Shown here piece by piece: positions 11,801 to 25,300 of a stretch of DNA of 64,000 nt. This DNA comes from Phoronis australis. Lineage: Eukaryota > Animalia > Phoronida. Where the stretch lies: contig NMRA01000158.1 in NCBI GenBank assembly GCA_002633005.1, positions 560,433 through 624,432 on the forward strand, in the 5' to 3' direction. How positions within the stretch are numbered: the first letter of the stretch is position 1; every line of letters starts with the position of its first letter. The translations under genes and the position numbers were made by a program. A model generated the notes under the pieces. The model was not told the DNA's origin and ran no database searches. It saw only the letters and a program-made list of their open reading frames with translations.

Positions 11801-12035
11801 TGAAAGTGGGAAGGCATATGTATTTGCTGAATTTCATGATAATCGGAAGCTCCAAGATTTATAGGCAAACATAAAATAAAAAATTGCCACTAGGGAGCAC
11901 AGCGACAATCAATTTACGGGTTTGAAAGGCATCATTCATCGTTAGCGCCATAAGAATATTTGTGTCAAAATTCAATATTCGTCACGGGGTGTTGGAGATA
12001 AAGTAACAGATTCCGGACAGAGATAATGACATAAA
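8889..12035 (-). mobile_element. Cluster of Helentron-associated non-autonomous (HINE/DINE-1-like) elements: one complete (8889-10086) plus partial copies
   Basis: On the minus strand: T-rich start, 5' inverted repeat TGCGCCCAC...GTGGACGTA, (CCGT)n microsatellite, degenerate internal repeats, 3' GTGGGTGCAT, hairpin CAACGC-TCT-GCGTTG, then CTCTTGTT. Confidence 0.75.
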
Positions 12036-12511
12036 AAGAGGTGAAAAAACTCTGTGAGTATACTTAACAAAAGGGTTGATTCACCCAGTGCAGATCTATG
12101 GTTTCACAAAATTATGGAAAAATAAAATAAATAAAAAACCTCTTCAGGCTTGCATTTCTTAGGTCATGGGGTTTCGTGACTCCTGTCCATTTTCAAAATT
12201 TATAGAAACAGTTCCAATAGCCTGGTAAATATTATAATGCCCTCTAAGTCTCAGGGAAATTATACTGCAGCTAAACTGCTTGACACAGCCAAGATAACTT
12301 TTTGGTGGAACCCCTACATTACACTGTAAAAAACAGTGCCCTGAGGCTGAGACAGCAATGAATTTTTCAGGAAACTTTAAGACATTGTAATAACATGTCA
12401 TTGATAATGTTGGAGAGTATTTACTATAATACAGAGAACAAGCAGATTATCAAACTGTTTTACCACAGACAGACTTTCAGCAAACTGACTGAATGATACA
12501 ATTTTGTTTGA

Positions 12512-13095
12512 TGACCTTGTCAAGGTCACAGCTCATCTGACAAGACACTTGCAAATACAACGTTGGTTAAAGAAATTACTGATCACGTCATAACAAGTTG
12601 CATTAATTTCAGCAATGAACATATTGCTCATAGCACAAAAATAATTTGCTGCTCATAAAATAATCATGCTTCAGTTTACTTTTGAAATTTTAGGAAAAAT
12701 ACAATAAAACCAACATGGCCGACAAAAATGACATGGCCGACTTTAATGACCTGCCCTTTCATTTCTTGAAATTGCACAGAAATTTGACAAAATCAAGTAA
12801 CTACCCTGCGCACACAACATTGGCCAGTCATAAAGAAGCTGCAAGGACGTAACACATTGATTTACCTGCACGAAATTACGGGATTTACATGTTCAAAATC
12901 CGACTCGACTTCGTCTCTGACTTGCCGCATGAACAAAAAGTAGTCACGTGATTTGCATATATTAGTGGGAAGGCAACCGAAGAGAGTTATGCTGAATGTT
13001 TTAGTGACATTAACATTCAGTTTTACTAGATGTGATAATCAATAAAATTAATTTGCTGCATTATTACTAAAAATCTTGAAAATATTGACGTAACA
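12512..13095 (+). promoter_or_regulatory. Putative CPT1 promoter motifs
   Basis: TGACCTTGTCAAGGTCA (12512-12528), E-box GTCACGTGAT (12943-12952) overlapping octamer ATTTGCAT, TTGACGTAA near 13085; motif matches only. Confidence 0.35.
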
Positions 13096-13194
13096 AAGCA
13101 AGTGAACGAGTACGACAAATTCGTAAAATAAATAACTAAGCGAACGCCAACAATAACAAAAGAGCGACACCTGTCATTCAAATAAAAACTTCAA

Positions 13195-13319
13195 ATGGCA
13201 GAAGCTCGAAGTGCAGTTGCAGAACCAAGAGTTTTCCATTTAGATGAATCTGAAAGTAGTTGGGGAGATTTCGTGCGTATTTGCAAACGGAAAATACGTA
13301 GGAAATTTTTTCGAACACG
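13195..13319 (+). CDS. CPT1: CPT1-like exon 1
   Basis: [41 protein letters not shown]; donor GTAAGG, phase 2. Confidence 0.9.
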
Positions 13320-16300
13320 GTAAGGTTTAATGCTGGTTTATTGCTATTGATTTTCTGTGGGTATCACTGATCAGCTGAGCGACTGTTTGTTTGTTGAGTC
13401 TGAGAATTGTCAAATCAAATCGACAAATACATTGTCACTTGTGACTAGGCGACGGCATAGACAAGCCAGTGCGCCAGACGATTTTTGGTCTTTGGTTACT
13501 ATGTACCTATCAAGTGCAGATGGGTACCTTTGGAGGTAGCTAGAGTCCGTATATACTTTCAAATCTATCAAATACTCTCACAATTCATCGACAACATTTT
13601 ACATCTTCATTGAAGATTCCGTTTCCCAAATTGGTAACCTAGCCATTTCTGGTTAAATTGTGTCATTGCCCATGTCAGCAGCATGTCAATTTTAAAATCA
13701 CATCGAGGTTGAGCTCCATGACCTTAGGAGTAAGCTAATCACTACACTACACTAGTAGTGATCCACCAGAGTATGGCTTGTGTTTGAAACTTGGCCGACA
13801 CCAGGGTCGCACCTCGGTGAAAGTCGAACAGAAGGGCATTTCTTCAAAAGAGCTGGTGGGAAACAGTTTTACTGAATAACCGTAATGGTTGTTTTGAGTA
13901 ACGACCATTACGGTGAAAATTATTTTGAGGCTGCCATTTTGACCCGTCTATTCGACTACTACCCTGACATCTTGTACCTGGACAAATTGACGACATTGAT
14001 GAATAAATAGACATTTTGGAAAAATTACCAAAGTACTTGTTTGAGTTGGAAGAAATAAAAAAGGCATCGATGGTCACTAAAATGCCTTTCTTTGCTCAAA
14101 ATGTACTTTTGTCAATGTGATATTGATGGTTTAGCCAGTGTGAGGCATACTGCCACAAAAGCTTTCAGTGTATAGAAGCCCTTTGGGATGGCTATTGCCT
14201 GAAACAGCTTTGCTGGCCCAGTTTAGTAAGTGGCACTGTCTAACTTGTGACTTGTCATCTGGTTATCCAATGCGAACTTCACCGAACGGAATGACTAAAT
14301 GGTCAACTCTGCACTGCTCATTAACAACAGTCAGCAGTGGCTTTTGTGCATCTTCTATCTGCACTATTGTCCCAACCTGTCTTCTGATTTGAGCTATAGT
14401 CAGTGTTAATTTGGAAAATCTAGTTTTCAAATTTTCTCATGAAAACGACGTATGTCTACGTGCATGATTTCTCTCTTTTATTGTTCAGTAAAATGGAACG
14501 GCTTTATATGAATTTCTAGCTCTATTAATGATTGGCTACCAGACCATTCTTCACATGTTCATGAAAATGACAAAATTTGCAGTCATATTTGACAACCAAG
14601 TTCTGCTCTGACACGAACATGGGTCTGGCCAGCATATGCGAATGTCCTGCAGTTTGTACACCGTTCCCGAGTGATCAACGGGTTAGTTTTTTACTGAATC
14701 AAAAGTGAAATTTTAAAATGTGAAAAGAATGCATGTTCTCAGGAACATATGTTGTCCGCGAGAAAACCCTTGTTCTTGCGGACATATTTTGGCTAGTGTT
14801 CTGGCGGACATTTTCCATCCCCAAGAAAACGCTTTAAAAATCATGATGCAATGTGGTATGTGCATTCCTATTGAGGAGGACATTACTGGCTTGCATTTTA
14901 CACCTTAGAGGCTATTTCTAGTTCTGGGAATGTTGAAAATGATGATCATTTTGTGTGTCTGCCCTTTATACAATGCTTATGGTGGGGAGCACATATCAAC
15001 AATCTGCCTTGCTTTTGTTAACTATTTGAAACTAATTGGGAGACATCAAAGCTTTACACTTTCAGGAATACCATGATATACACCAGATCGTGAGAGGGGG
15101 AAATTAGGGGCAAACAAACTGTTACCATGGGCCGTAGAACATATAATTACACGGAACAGAATCACAAAACACATACAGGCACCCTTACCAGGAGCAGATA
15201 GTGCATTGGTTGCTGGAGGTTACTGCTCTATAGCCTGGAAAATTGATTTAGTATTTTGACATCAGTGATTCTTATTGACTTCTACTGAGTCAATCAATAT
15301 AATCATTTAATTCTGAGTTACACTCCACATTCGATTTTGGAGTAGAAGTTGTCGTAGTGCCTGGGCCAGAGAGTGCCTATACACTCTATTCCATGCTGCA
15401 TTGGCAGGCTGTGTCGTGTAGCTGTAAATCTGTTTCTGTCATGCAGGCAAATTTTTTGTGTGCATGGTAAAACTGAGTTTAGCAGTGTGATTGTGATTGA
15501 GTCAAGGGTGTGGGCCTTGGTAAGAGTTTATTTCCGCTACCAAATTTCAGAGCTTCTAATTTTCCTCTTGAAGATTTCCTCTTTTTGGTTTTGATTTCCT
15601 CTTATTTGATTTCCAGTTTGCTGTTTTTTGTCTCTTTTTTATCATTATTTTGACTTTATTCATGCAAAAACGTTGTTTCAGTTAAATTTTGCAACACCTG
15701 GAAATTTGCCGTCTTTTTATGTCATTTGCCATTCCAAACCCTGTGATTTTAATTTAGGGCTTTTCTATTTTATTATGTAATTCCGAGTTGTTCATAGGTC
15801 TTATTGTGCTAATGTAATTGTTTTTTAGCAATCAGATTTACAATGGATTGTGGCCCACGCCAGTGTGGTACTTAGTCATCACAGTATCCATACTTTGCAC
15901 TATTTTGACTGGAGACTGGCAGAGCTTGAAACCATTAACTGGTGTACTATGGTCAGTGGGAAATTGGTTTCACATTGATGCTGGTATGTATAATAAACAA
16001 GGTGCACCTTTCATGCCCTAAGAGAATATTAGCATGTTTACCTTTGAGCTCTAGTCACATGTGGAAGAACAGAAATAGTAAATGGGTCAATGGACTCTGA
16101 ACCAGCTGTCATTGATTTGTCTTGAGTTCTGATTGGTTGGTGTTTCGAGGTCAGTCTTAGATGACCTGACATGACCTGACTTGAACTGATAAGTCATATA
16201 ATACAAGTACATTGCACTCAACTTGTTGGAAGACAAGGGAATTGTTTCCCTGTATATCACACCATTAAGTTTTGCAAAATATGTATTACTTCCTAGCTGA

Positions 16301-19300
16301 CCTTGTAAATTTCTTTTGTTTATTTGATGAGGATATGTCAAAAAATTGCTTCATATTTTGTCAAATCCTTATCAAATAAAGGAGTCCAATTTCATATCAG
16401 TAAGTGGACTATGTAAAAATGATTGTTTGTGGTTGAAGACTGATTTATGGCCACTTTATTGTCCTTGGCATATATCCAGTCAAATGATTGATGGTGAGAA
16501 TCAGTTTGTCTTGTGGTATTTGGATCATGCGGAGGGGTTTATCTTAGAAAGTGGAAACTGTACAAAGTGTACATTTAATAACACCGGTTTTGGTGTCCAT
16601 TTTTTCCGCCATCTTGAAAAACCGACTTCTGCCACTCCAATTTCGGTAGACTTTTTTTCTGGCACCAAGGGATGTTTGAAGATGCCATTTATGTAAAAAA
16701 ATTGTTGCAATTTTTTCTAGGTTGAGCCCTCTGGAACCCTAAAATGACGACTAATTTTGCTATGACTCTCTGCATAAGAGTTTCAAATTTTGTTTCCTTG
16801 AAGCCCAACAGTCTCATCCATTGTCTGAATTGAGCTTTCTGCAGCCAAACGTCCATTTTTCAAACCAACTCCCTAAGGGGTTGTTGCAAATGAATTTTAC
16901 TCGATGAGATATTTTTAGGCTCTGTTGCTGCATGGTTTACCAGAATGACTTATAAAACTATTTGAAATGTTCCATCCTGTCTGTAATATCACAGATATCA
17001 CTTTCTGCCTGTTGCTGGTTTCACAGCGGAACATCCCTGTCTGGTCAAACAAGTAACAGTGCTTATCATTGGATAGTCTAAGATGCAATTGATGTATGGT
17101 TTCCCTCTGAGTTATTGTAAATATTGAAAATTCTTCTGTTTATAACTCAATGTAGCTGACAAGTTAAGTTTGCTTTTTTCAAATTTTCTAGTGAAGGAAA
17201 GTTATGTACATATTTCTCAGTCAACATGGCTTGTATTATACAACTGTAGGAAGCCTTACGTTTGAAAAAGTGCAAGATAGCAGTCAGTCTGAACTAATAT
17301 TCCTGTCCCAAAACTGAAGAATTTTTACCCTGTGATAAAATTATGTAATGTTATTTTGAAATCTGCCATCCTAGGTATCCCATTCCCGGTACGTGTGGTC
17401 CTCGTATCTCTGTCATCAGGTCTTGTCTTCTTCATCATTCTACTCTATGTCCGACGTTGGCTACTACGTGCCCTGCTCTCTTACAGGGGTTGGATATGTA
17501 AGTTATTTTCTGCCAAAATTCATTTGATTTGTTTTGATTTTTAGTTTATTTGCACATCCGGCCTTTACGAGCAGAAAAGAACTGGGCTTAACATCACTAG
17601 ACTTTACTTAGGATTTGACTAAAAATTGGAATGTCACTTCGTATGAATTTGACCATTCACCTGAAAAGCTGACAAGTCATTTTGAATCAAATTTAGTCAT
17701 TCACTTGGAAACTTGGTAAGTTTGGTAAGTCATTTCTCATGAAATTTATTCATTCACTCAAAGCATGCCAAGAAATAGGTGAATTTTTGAGTCAAGTACT
17801 GTTTTTCTATTCCATACACGATTTCAAAAAAAGGGCGTCCAAAATGGGTTTCACAATTTCTCAGGGTATCCATCATCAGTAACCCTTGACAGCATTTTTG
17901 TGACCTGAAAGCAAATAATTGTTTTAGTGTGTTGTGTTGCTTTGGAGATTTATGTCTGCAATAAAGTTTTCAGCTTCTTGCATCGTTTTAAACCAACATT
18001 TCATTACTGGACAGGGTATCTAAGTTTGAGTCAGGGTGTCCATTTAGATGCCTTGGACACCCTCTAGATTAAGGCCTCCAACACAAGCTTATACTAGGCT
18101 AGCAAGTGAAAGTTCACAGTCTGGTCTCGTGACTGGTGTGTGAATTTTCAGAGCGGTTAGACACTTTTTTTCTGTGTGGAGTTCATATAAATAACTTGTT
18201 TCTTCACCGTTTTGTTTCTTTGTTCATTAGCACTGCAGTCTCTTAAAACTACTGAAGGCTTTGGTGATATATTCATGGAAAAACGAAATTCTGGGTCTTA
18301 AGTCAGAAATTTGGTTTCATGCTCCACCTGCATATATCAGAACAGTAATTTTTGTTAGAAATCTCATGTAAGGGAAAAGTGCAGAGTCTCTGAGAACATA
18401 ACTGTTAGTTGCTGAAATAATTTCGGTAAATTGTTTCTAGACTGTCCCACTCATAATTCCTTGGCTTAACCCCTTTTCAGAAATTGCGAAGCGAGAACGT
18501 AAGACCAAATTTCTGTCTTAAGTCGTAAGTCACTTTCATGAAACAGACCGCCGTTCTATAATGTGTTCCAGATGAAGCTCCTAAGACACAAACCTGGCAG
18601 ACGGTGCTCTGGGCAGTAGTTGTTAGACTGGTCAGTGGCTATCACCCAACTCTCTACAGCTGCCAGCAAAGTCTACCTCGTATGCCCGTGCCTCCCTTGA
18701 AGAGAACGTTGAAACAACTGATCAACTCTCTCAAACCTCTTTATGGCGAGGACTCTGAAGAAATCCAGAAATTGAAGCAACAATCAAAGGTATGCTGTAG
18801 TAGATGCGAAAAGACTGTTTGCCATTTCTTGTGCTTGCACTTTTATGTGGGCGCGTATTGCTGTCGACTCTTTTTGGTCTCTGGTGTTTGGCATCTGTTT
18901 GTCTGGCATTCCCAGATATATCTCCTGAAATCATAAATATTTTGCAGATGTGCTCGTACAAATAAGATGGTGGATGACTGTGACTGTGAAATTTAATTCG
19001 GTTGCTGCTTTGCCAACTAGTGGCAATTTTATTTATGTGTTTCTTCTAATTCACTTTTCAATCAGATGCACATAATAGGATGTCAGGCAGACATTCATGA
19101 CTGAAGCAGCTTCAGCCAGTAAAGTTTGGCCTGATTTTTAGTGACAGTACTGCGTAGTTGGATGATGGATACATATAACTATTACAGTTTGTCTTCTGTT
19201 GTAGGAATTTGAAAAGAAACTTGGACCAAAGTTGCAGAGATTTTTGATTCTCCGTTCGTGGTGGCATTCTAACTGGGTCACAGATTGGTGGTGAGTCATA

Positions 19301-22300
19301 GCTTATGCTTGATAAAAACCATTTTGCATTAAGTGGTGACATAATTAAATCTGCTATCACTAGGTGGCGGTAGAGTATGTTATGTGAAAACATACAACAA
19401 AACCTACAGTTTGCATATAACTTGGATGGAGATTTTAAAGCAGTGGACTTTCACCATGTTTTTTTGAATTCTGATGTCACCATGGCGTTAATCACCATTG
19501 TGATCTGGTAATGATTCACATGACAAGTCCAGTATCACTAAATGTGTATGAATGAGAGTTCTATATTGAATGATTTGTATCACTATAGCAATGGTGGTGC
19601 GTCTGTTGTTAAGGTTATGTACAACCTTGGAAAAATATCTTAATATGGCTAACTTAGGAACATTGTATCGCAGAAATGGCTGATCGGATTTCTATTAAAC
19701 TTTCCAGTACTATGCTTTATGCCCTGTTCTCCAAAACACTGTCAGAAATAGTTCTTAGAACGTGCCTCTTTTGCATGAGGGCCAATCAAATATATTATGT
19801 TTATGATTTTTGTGGGAAATGAAAATGAGATAATTCAGAAAACTGTAACAACGTTATTGCGATTATATCAAGCACAATTTAGTCAACGCATATTTAACAC
19901 TGGTATTATTATTTTGCTATCAATGTTTCTTTCTTTTTGACACGGTCATGTGACCCAATTAATGACACTGATAAAATGTAAAATTCTATAGAATTTCTAC
20001 TTTTTTACTTTTACTGAGATAAATATCTAAATTTTTGTAAATACTTGGCTAAATACATAGCAGACTTGCGAATAAGGTCCTACATTATCTTAGTTGACAA
20101 TGGGTTTTCCCACTGGTTTTCCTAAAGGGTAGGGGTCTTGGTATTGACTCGAGTACCAGTTTTCTTGATTCCTCTGATAGTGTTTGGCGACATCTTGGGA
20201 TTAAAAAATATTTGAACTCGACACAATGATATCACAATTGTAGAAATTCATCAATGTGTTTTCTGTTTTAGGGAGAAGTACGTGTACTTGATGGGGCGGA
20301 GTTCACTATCAATGAACAGTAATTATTATGTGCTGGACCAAAGTAACTGGAAGCCTACTCACAGACAGGTGTCCAGGTGGGTGTTTACTAATTATTCAAG
20401 TGCTTGTCAATTTGGAAAGCTCCTGTCTCACTGGCCCATGACAGTTGGATATAAATTGTGAATGGGATTCACCATCGTGTCTGTGTCTAAATTTTAAATT
20501 TTCTGTTGTGAATCACACAGCTTCATTTGTGTGTCCCTAGACTAACAAGCAATTAAGAATAACCATGTGTGTTCATGAGCACGCAATCTGTAAATATCAC
20601 ATGTTATATACTGTAAACAAAATCTCCCCAGGCAAGGTGTTTTATGACTTGTGGTTTCAACGCACTGCCGGGACTACTATCACGCTGAACTCGTTACATC
20701 AAGATTAGAAATACACTAATTACGGGTAGATTTTTTGTATTAAAACTGATTTTCGTGCCAATAATGAATCTGGTTGTGTTGTTTACGGGCAATAGTCATA
20801 GATAGCTTGATCTTATCATTATTGCAGTTTGGAAGCCATGGTGTGTTTGGCCTAAGTCACACATTAGCATTCCTGCATAGATCCTAATCACCTTATTACC
20901 GACTCCCATTGTGACCATAGTTGGCTTTTCATGGGGGTTCATTGGCAATGTTTTCATCAAATTAGCAGCTAAATCTTTGTGTGCGAACCCATCTTGAATT
21001 CATCTTGATCTAGTTGCGCTGTGATTTAGAAAATGTGAAAGTATGATTCTACTAAACGGACTTTTGACTGAAAAGAGACAAAGCTGTATGAGTGTCTGAC
21101 GTAAGCACATTCCTGTATATTCTGTGAAGGAGATTACCACCAGGTGTCAACTCTGTTAATTTGTTGTGATTTGTCTTCAGGGCGGCAAGTGTAATCTACC
21201 AGTTCCTCAAAGTGAAGCGACTCATTGATCGACAGCAGTTACCTCCCTTGGTTCTGCGTGGCACAATACCCCTGTGTATGGCCCAATATGAGAGGGCCTT
21301 TTCGACCACTCGGATACCTGGTGCTGACATGGATAGTCTTGTCCATTACTCTTCAGGCGAATCGAAGGTTTGACCAACTTTCATTCACAAATTTCACTTG
21401 CAATCTGAATTTTAAGTACTGCTTTAATCCCAATGTAAATTATATAAATATTTGTTTAAATATTTGTGGATTGGTAGTGGAATTTGTTTTCTTGCTATTT
21501 CTTTGCAGTTGTTTTTAAAATATGATAACTGGTTCTTACTGAAATTCACTGAAAGTTGCTGTTAATTTTAATTACTTATCCAAAGTGGTAATACACATGC
21601 TGCGCTGTATTATGCAAAATCCTAACTAACAATGCAGTGATCGAACTCTTTTGTGTAGTGAAAGTAAGAAACTGACATCCATGTATTCCACTTTCAAATG
21701 TTATTGTCCTGAATAGTAAGAAAATGAAGAATTTTAACAAAATGATACACTCAGATCATGCTGCTTTTAATCTCCATCCATACCACTGGGTGATTTCATC
21801 TAGCAACAGGTCTTGGGTCAACGGTATCTTGGATAAACACTGTTTACTGCTTTTTATGATTTCCAGCTCTTGTTAAAAGTTTGGTTTCGGACATAGTGGC
21901 AGTAGTCACTCACAGGGGTCCTGCATTTTGGAGAACAAGTTTGACGCCTGTTATTCAGAAGCTGGTTCTCTAAGTGTGGGACTTCTGTGACTAGTGCGGA
22001 CTAAACTATAGGTCTAATGATTTGACCATTATGTGGCATGTAAAAGACTTCTTACTCATACTGTTAAAAATCTCTTGAAAGACTTATTACGACATATTGT
22101 TAACCAAACCTGATGAATACCGTTTTCTGCCATGTAAATGTCCATGGGAGTTGAGTTTTTCACTATGCAAAAAGTTAGGGATGGGAATTGATGGGGTGTG
22201 GGTATGTTCGTGTACACACTCACTGATCGATTATATGCCTTCCTGACAATGCAAACGCCCACACACCACTCAGTTACATGCCAAAAGGGGTTGCTGTAGA

Positions 22301-25300
22301 AAACTATACCCACATAATCAGTATTCTGGCGTTGAATTGCGACTTATCTTGCGATATACTTTTAAATTCTTGGAATCTTACTAGGTCAGGTTGTTAGTTT
22401 CTGCAAACCGCCAATCGACATGCTTCTCAATAAATTTCAAAACTACCATGTCTCTAGTTTTGAACCGCCATATTAGTCATATTTTCTGTATACTGGTTAT
22501 TTATAATCATCTTTGTATGATTTACGGCTAGTTCTAGGGTCAGCAAGCTATTAAAAGTCCTTCCCAGGATCTGCCCTGAACCAGTTTTATGCATCCATAA
22601 TTAGTTTTGTTTACAGTCTGAATTAAAACTGCTACCATTACCACTACCACTACCACTACCACTACTACTACTGCTACAACTACTACTACTACTGTTGCAG
22701 CACATAGTCGTTCTGAGAAATCATCTCTTTTATAAACTGGACATTGTGGACAAGTTGGGTCAGCCTCTTACCCCACACAGCCTGGAGAAACAGATAGAAT
22801 GGATCATCGCGGACGCTGACAAGCACATGGGTATTATTATTATATCGCTTTATTATGGCCTATAGCAAAAACGGATGATCGGATACGTGTGAAATTTTCA
22901 GATGCTAAAATTCTTCATTTACTGTTCTGCAAAACGTTTTTAGGAATTGTTTTTAAAATGTTCCACTTCTGCAAGAGAGATTATCAAAAAATAGGACTTT
23001 TATTTGTTTTTATGAAAACCTCAAAAGTTGCGTAAAACAAAAATAAAAAGATAATTTAAAAAACTGTATTAGCATCTTTGAGATTTCATCTTTTTCATAT
23101 TTTTATTTTGCTCTAGCATGATAATTACATATCACATAAATCAATACAGTATACATTGTTTAGAAAGAAGAGATTTCATCTTGGTCACATGATTCAATTA
23201 ATGTGAGATTGGTAGTAAGTCAAAATTCAAATTCTATATGTTTTCTACTTTCAGAAAGCACCTATTTTTACCAAGGTAAATCTGTAGATGAATACACAGA
23301 TTTGTGAAAAATTTTATTCATAACCTTAGGACTTGAGGCTTAAAGATGCTATGTCTCATTTAAACTGTAAATATTCAAATTTGTATCAAGTGCCACCTAG
23401 TGACTTACTGGAGAACTGCATGTACAGATATAATTAGGAAAAGAAATAATTTGTAAATAAATTGCGGTTTTAAAGAAAACACTTACAACCGATACACTTT
23501 AAAACAAGTGTTAACATATAAAAAACCTAAAAATTCCAAATAGTACGCGATTGTTATTTGATAGTGAAATAAACAAATAATAAAAACTGTGTCTTGTTTC
23601 ATTAGAGTAACAATGAAATATTACTGTACTCATTTACATGAAAATAGTCTCGCGAAAGGAGACTTTCACGATATTGTAATGGTAACTGGTTCTCGGATAG
23701 TTTCCGGCACAATGGAAGACCCGGGGTTGTTTGTAAACTAGTACTTCAGTTGGCATTTTCAAAATTTAATGCGACCTAGCATCTTTAAGACCAAAAGTAT
23801 GTCAAAGTTCAACTGGAATTTGGGTTATGTTAAGACAGAAAACGTTCTATGAAATGGGCCTCTGGTATATGAATGTGTTAGTGTCTCATGTTTGTGTCGC
23901 TCATGTTGAATTAAGGTGAGAGCAACAGTGAAGAAGGAGAACTACCTGCCTTGACTGGTATGGAAAGAAATAAGTGGGCGGAGACAAGGTCACTGTTTTT
24001 TGGCGGCGGGATCAACAAAGAGTCATTAGAGGCTGTGGAAAAGGCAGTGTTCGTGGTAAGTGGCATTCGGGTGAAATATTTACTAAGGATTTTTAATCTA
24101 ACCTCCGTATTACCGCATTGAAATGACAAGGTGTGAATTGCATATTACTGAGTTCAGTTTTCAATGAGAATTTGTCCTGAAGCCCCAGGCTCATCAGAGT
24201 ATGACGTAACTGAAGGTTGTTTTTGTATGTGGTTTAGTAAAGGTATTTTGTGTCATTGAAAACTGCCAAAGACAAAGCGTTGGGGCTTAAAGTCATTAAG
24301 ATGTTTTTTGTCTGGCATTTTCCCAAAGATTATGCCGTCATCTCCGTCCGTCCGTCCGTCTGTACGGGCGGCGTCCGTCCGGCGTCCGCTGCTCTATATC
24401 CAAAACCCTTTGACATACGTTCATGAAATTTTGCACATGTGTTCCATTCATGAATGGGACGGCATGTGCGAACTTTCGGATGGATCCGACTACCGGTGTG
24501 CCCCCTAGTGGCAAATTTAGTTTTTTACGCTTACCTTTGTATCTTCAAAAGTCCTGAACGGATTTTCATGAAATTTGGTATGTAGGCACCTATTAGTGAG
24601 ATGACGCTATCTTTCTGTTTTCAGATTTATTTGAGGGCTGTTCCAGTAAAATCCGTGTGGGAGGGTGGGGGCGGCAGCAGAAATAAAAATTCATGGGTGG
24701 TGGTCTTCAGAAAAAAACTCAAATTATGGGTGGTCGTTCTTGTAGGAAGTGATGCATTAAAAATGGGTGGTATTTTTTGACCTTTTAATGTTGATCCCAA
24801 TAAAAAAAGAGCCCATATTGCCAGTGAACAGAGTACAATATGTTCACTAAGCCATTAAACAAGTCATGGGCAACTTGATTTGAGTCAACTGTTGGTCTGC
24901 AGTCCTATTGAATTGAAGTTATGCAACACTAAACTGGTTTTAACACATATAAGAAAATTGATGATTTTTAAATAAAAAGTATGAGGAGTAAGCTAAACAA
25001 GTTCCAATATTCACTTGACATAGAAGTATAAAAGAGTTCGTGGAGACAGTTTGAGATTCATAGATCCTTATAATTGAAAAAATGTTCATTGAAATTTTAG
25101 ACACATGGTGAACAGAGACACCTGGTGGCTGCCAAAAGTATTGCTCACAGGCTACTTTAGTTTTTGAGAATATTGGACAAGACAACTAGTTCTTGTCTGT
25201 CAATCATTTAAGTTCTCAACAGGTCCTCCTGGAGGCAATTTGTTTGGAAGTGTTGGATTTTATATTAAAAATAATTAAAAAATTACGGGTCATGGGTTGG

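Noticed and set aside
10512-11868. Minus-strand ORFs up to 156 aa (and 34632-35108)
   Set aside because: Inside HINE-like repeats; no Rep/helicase or other recognisable motifs
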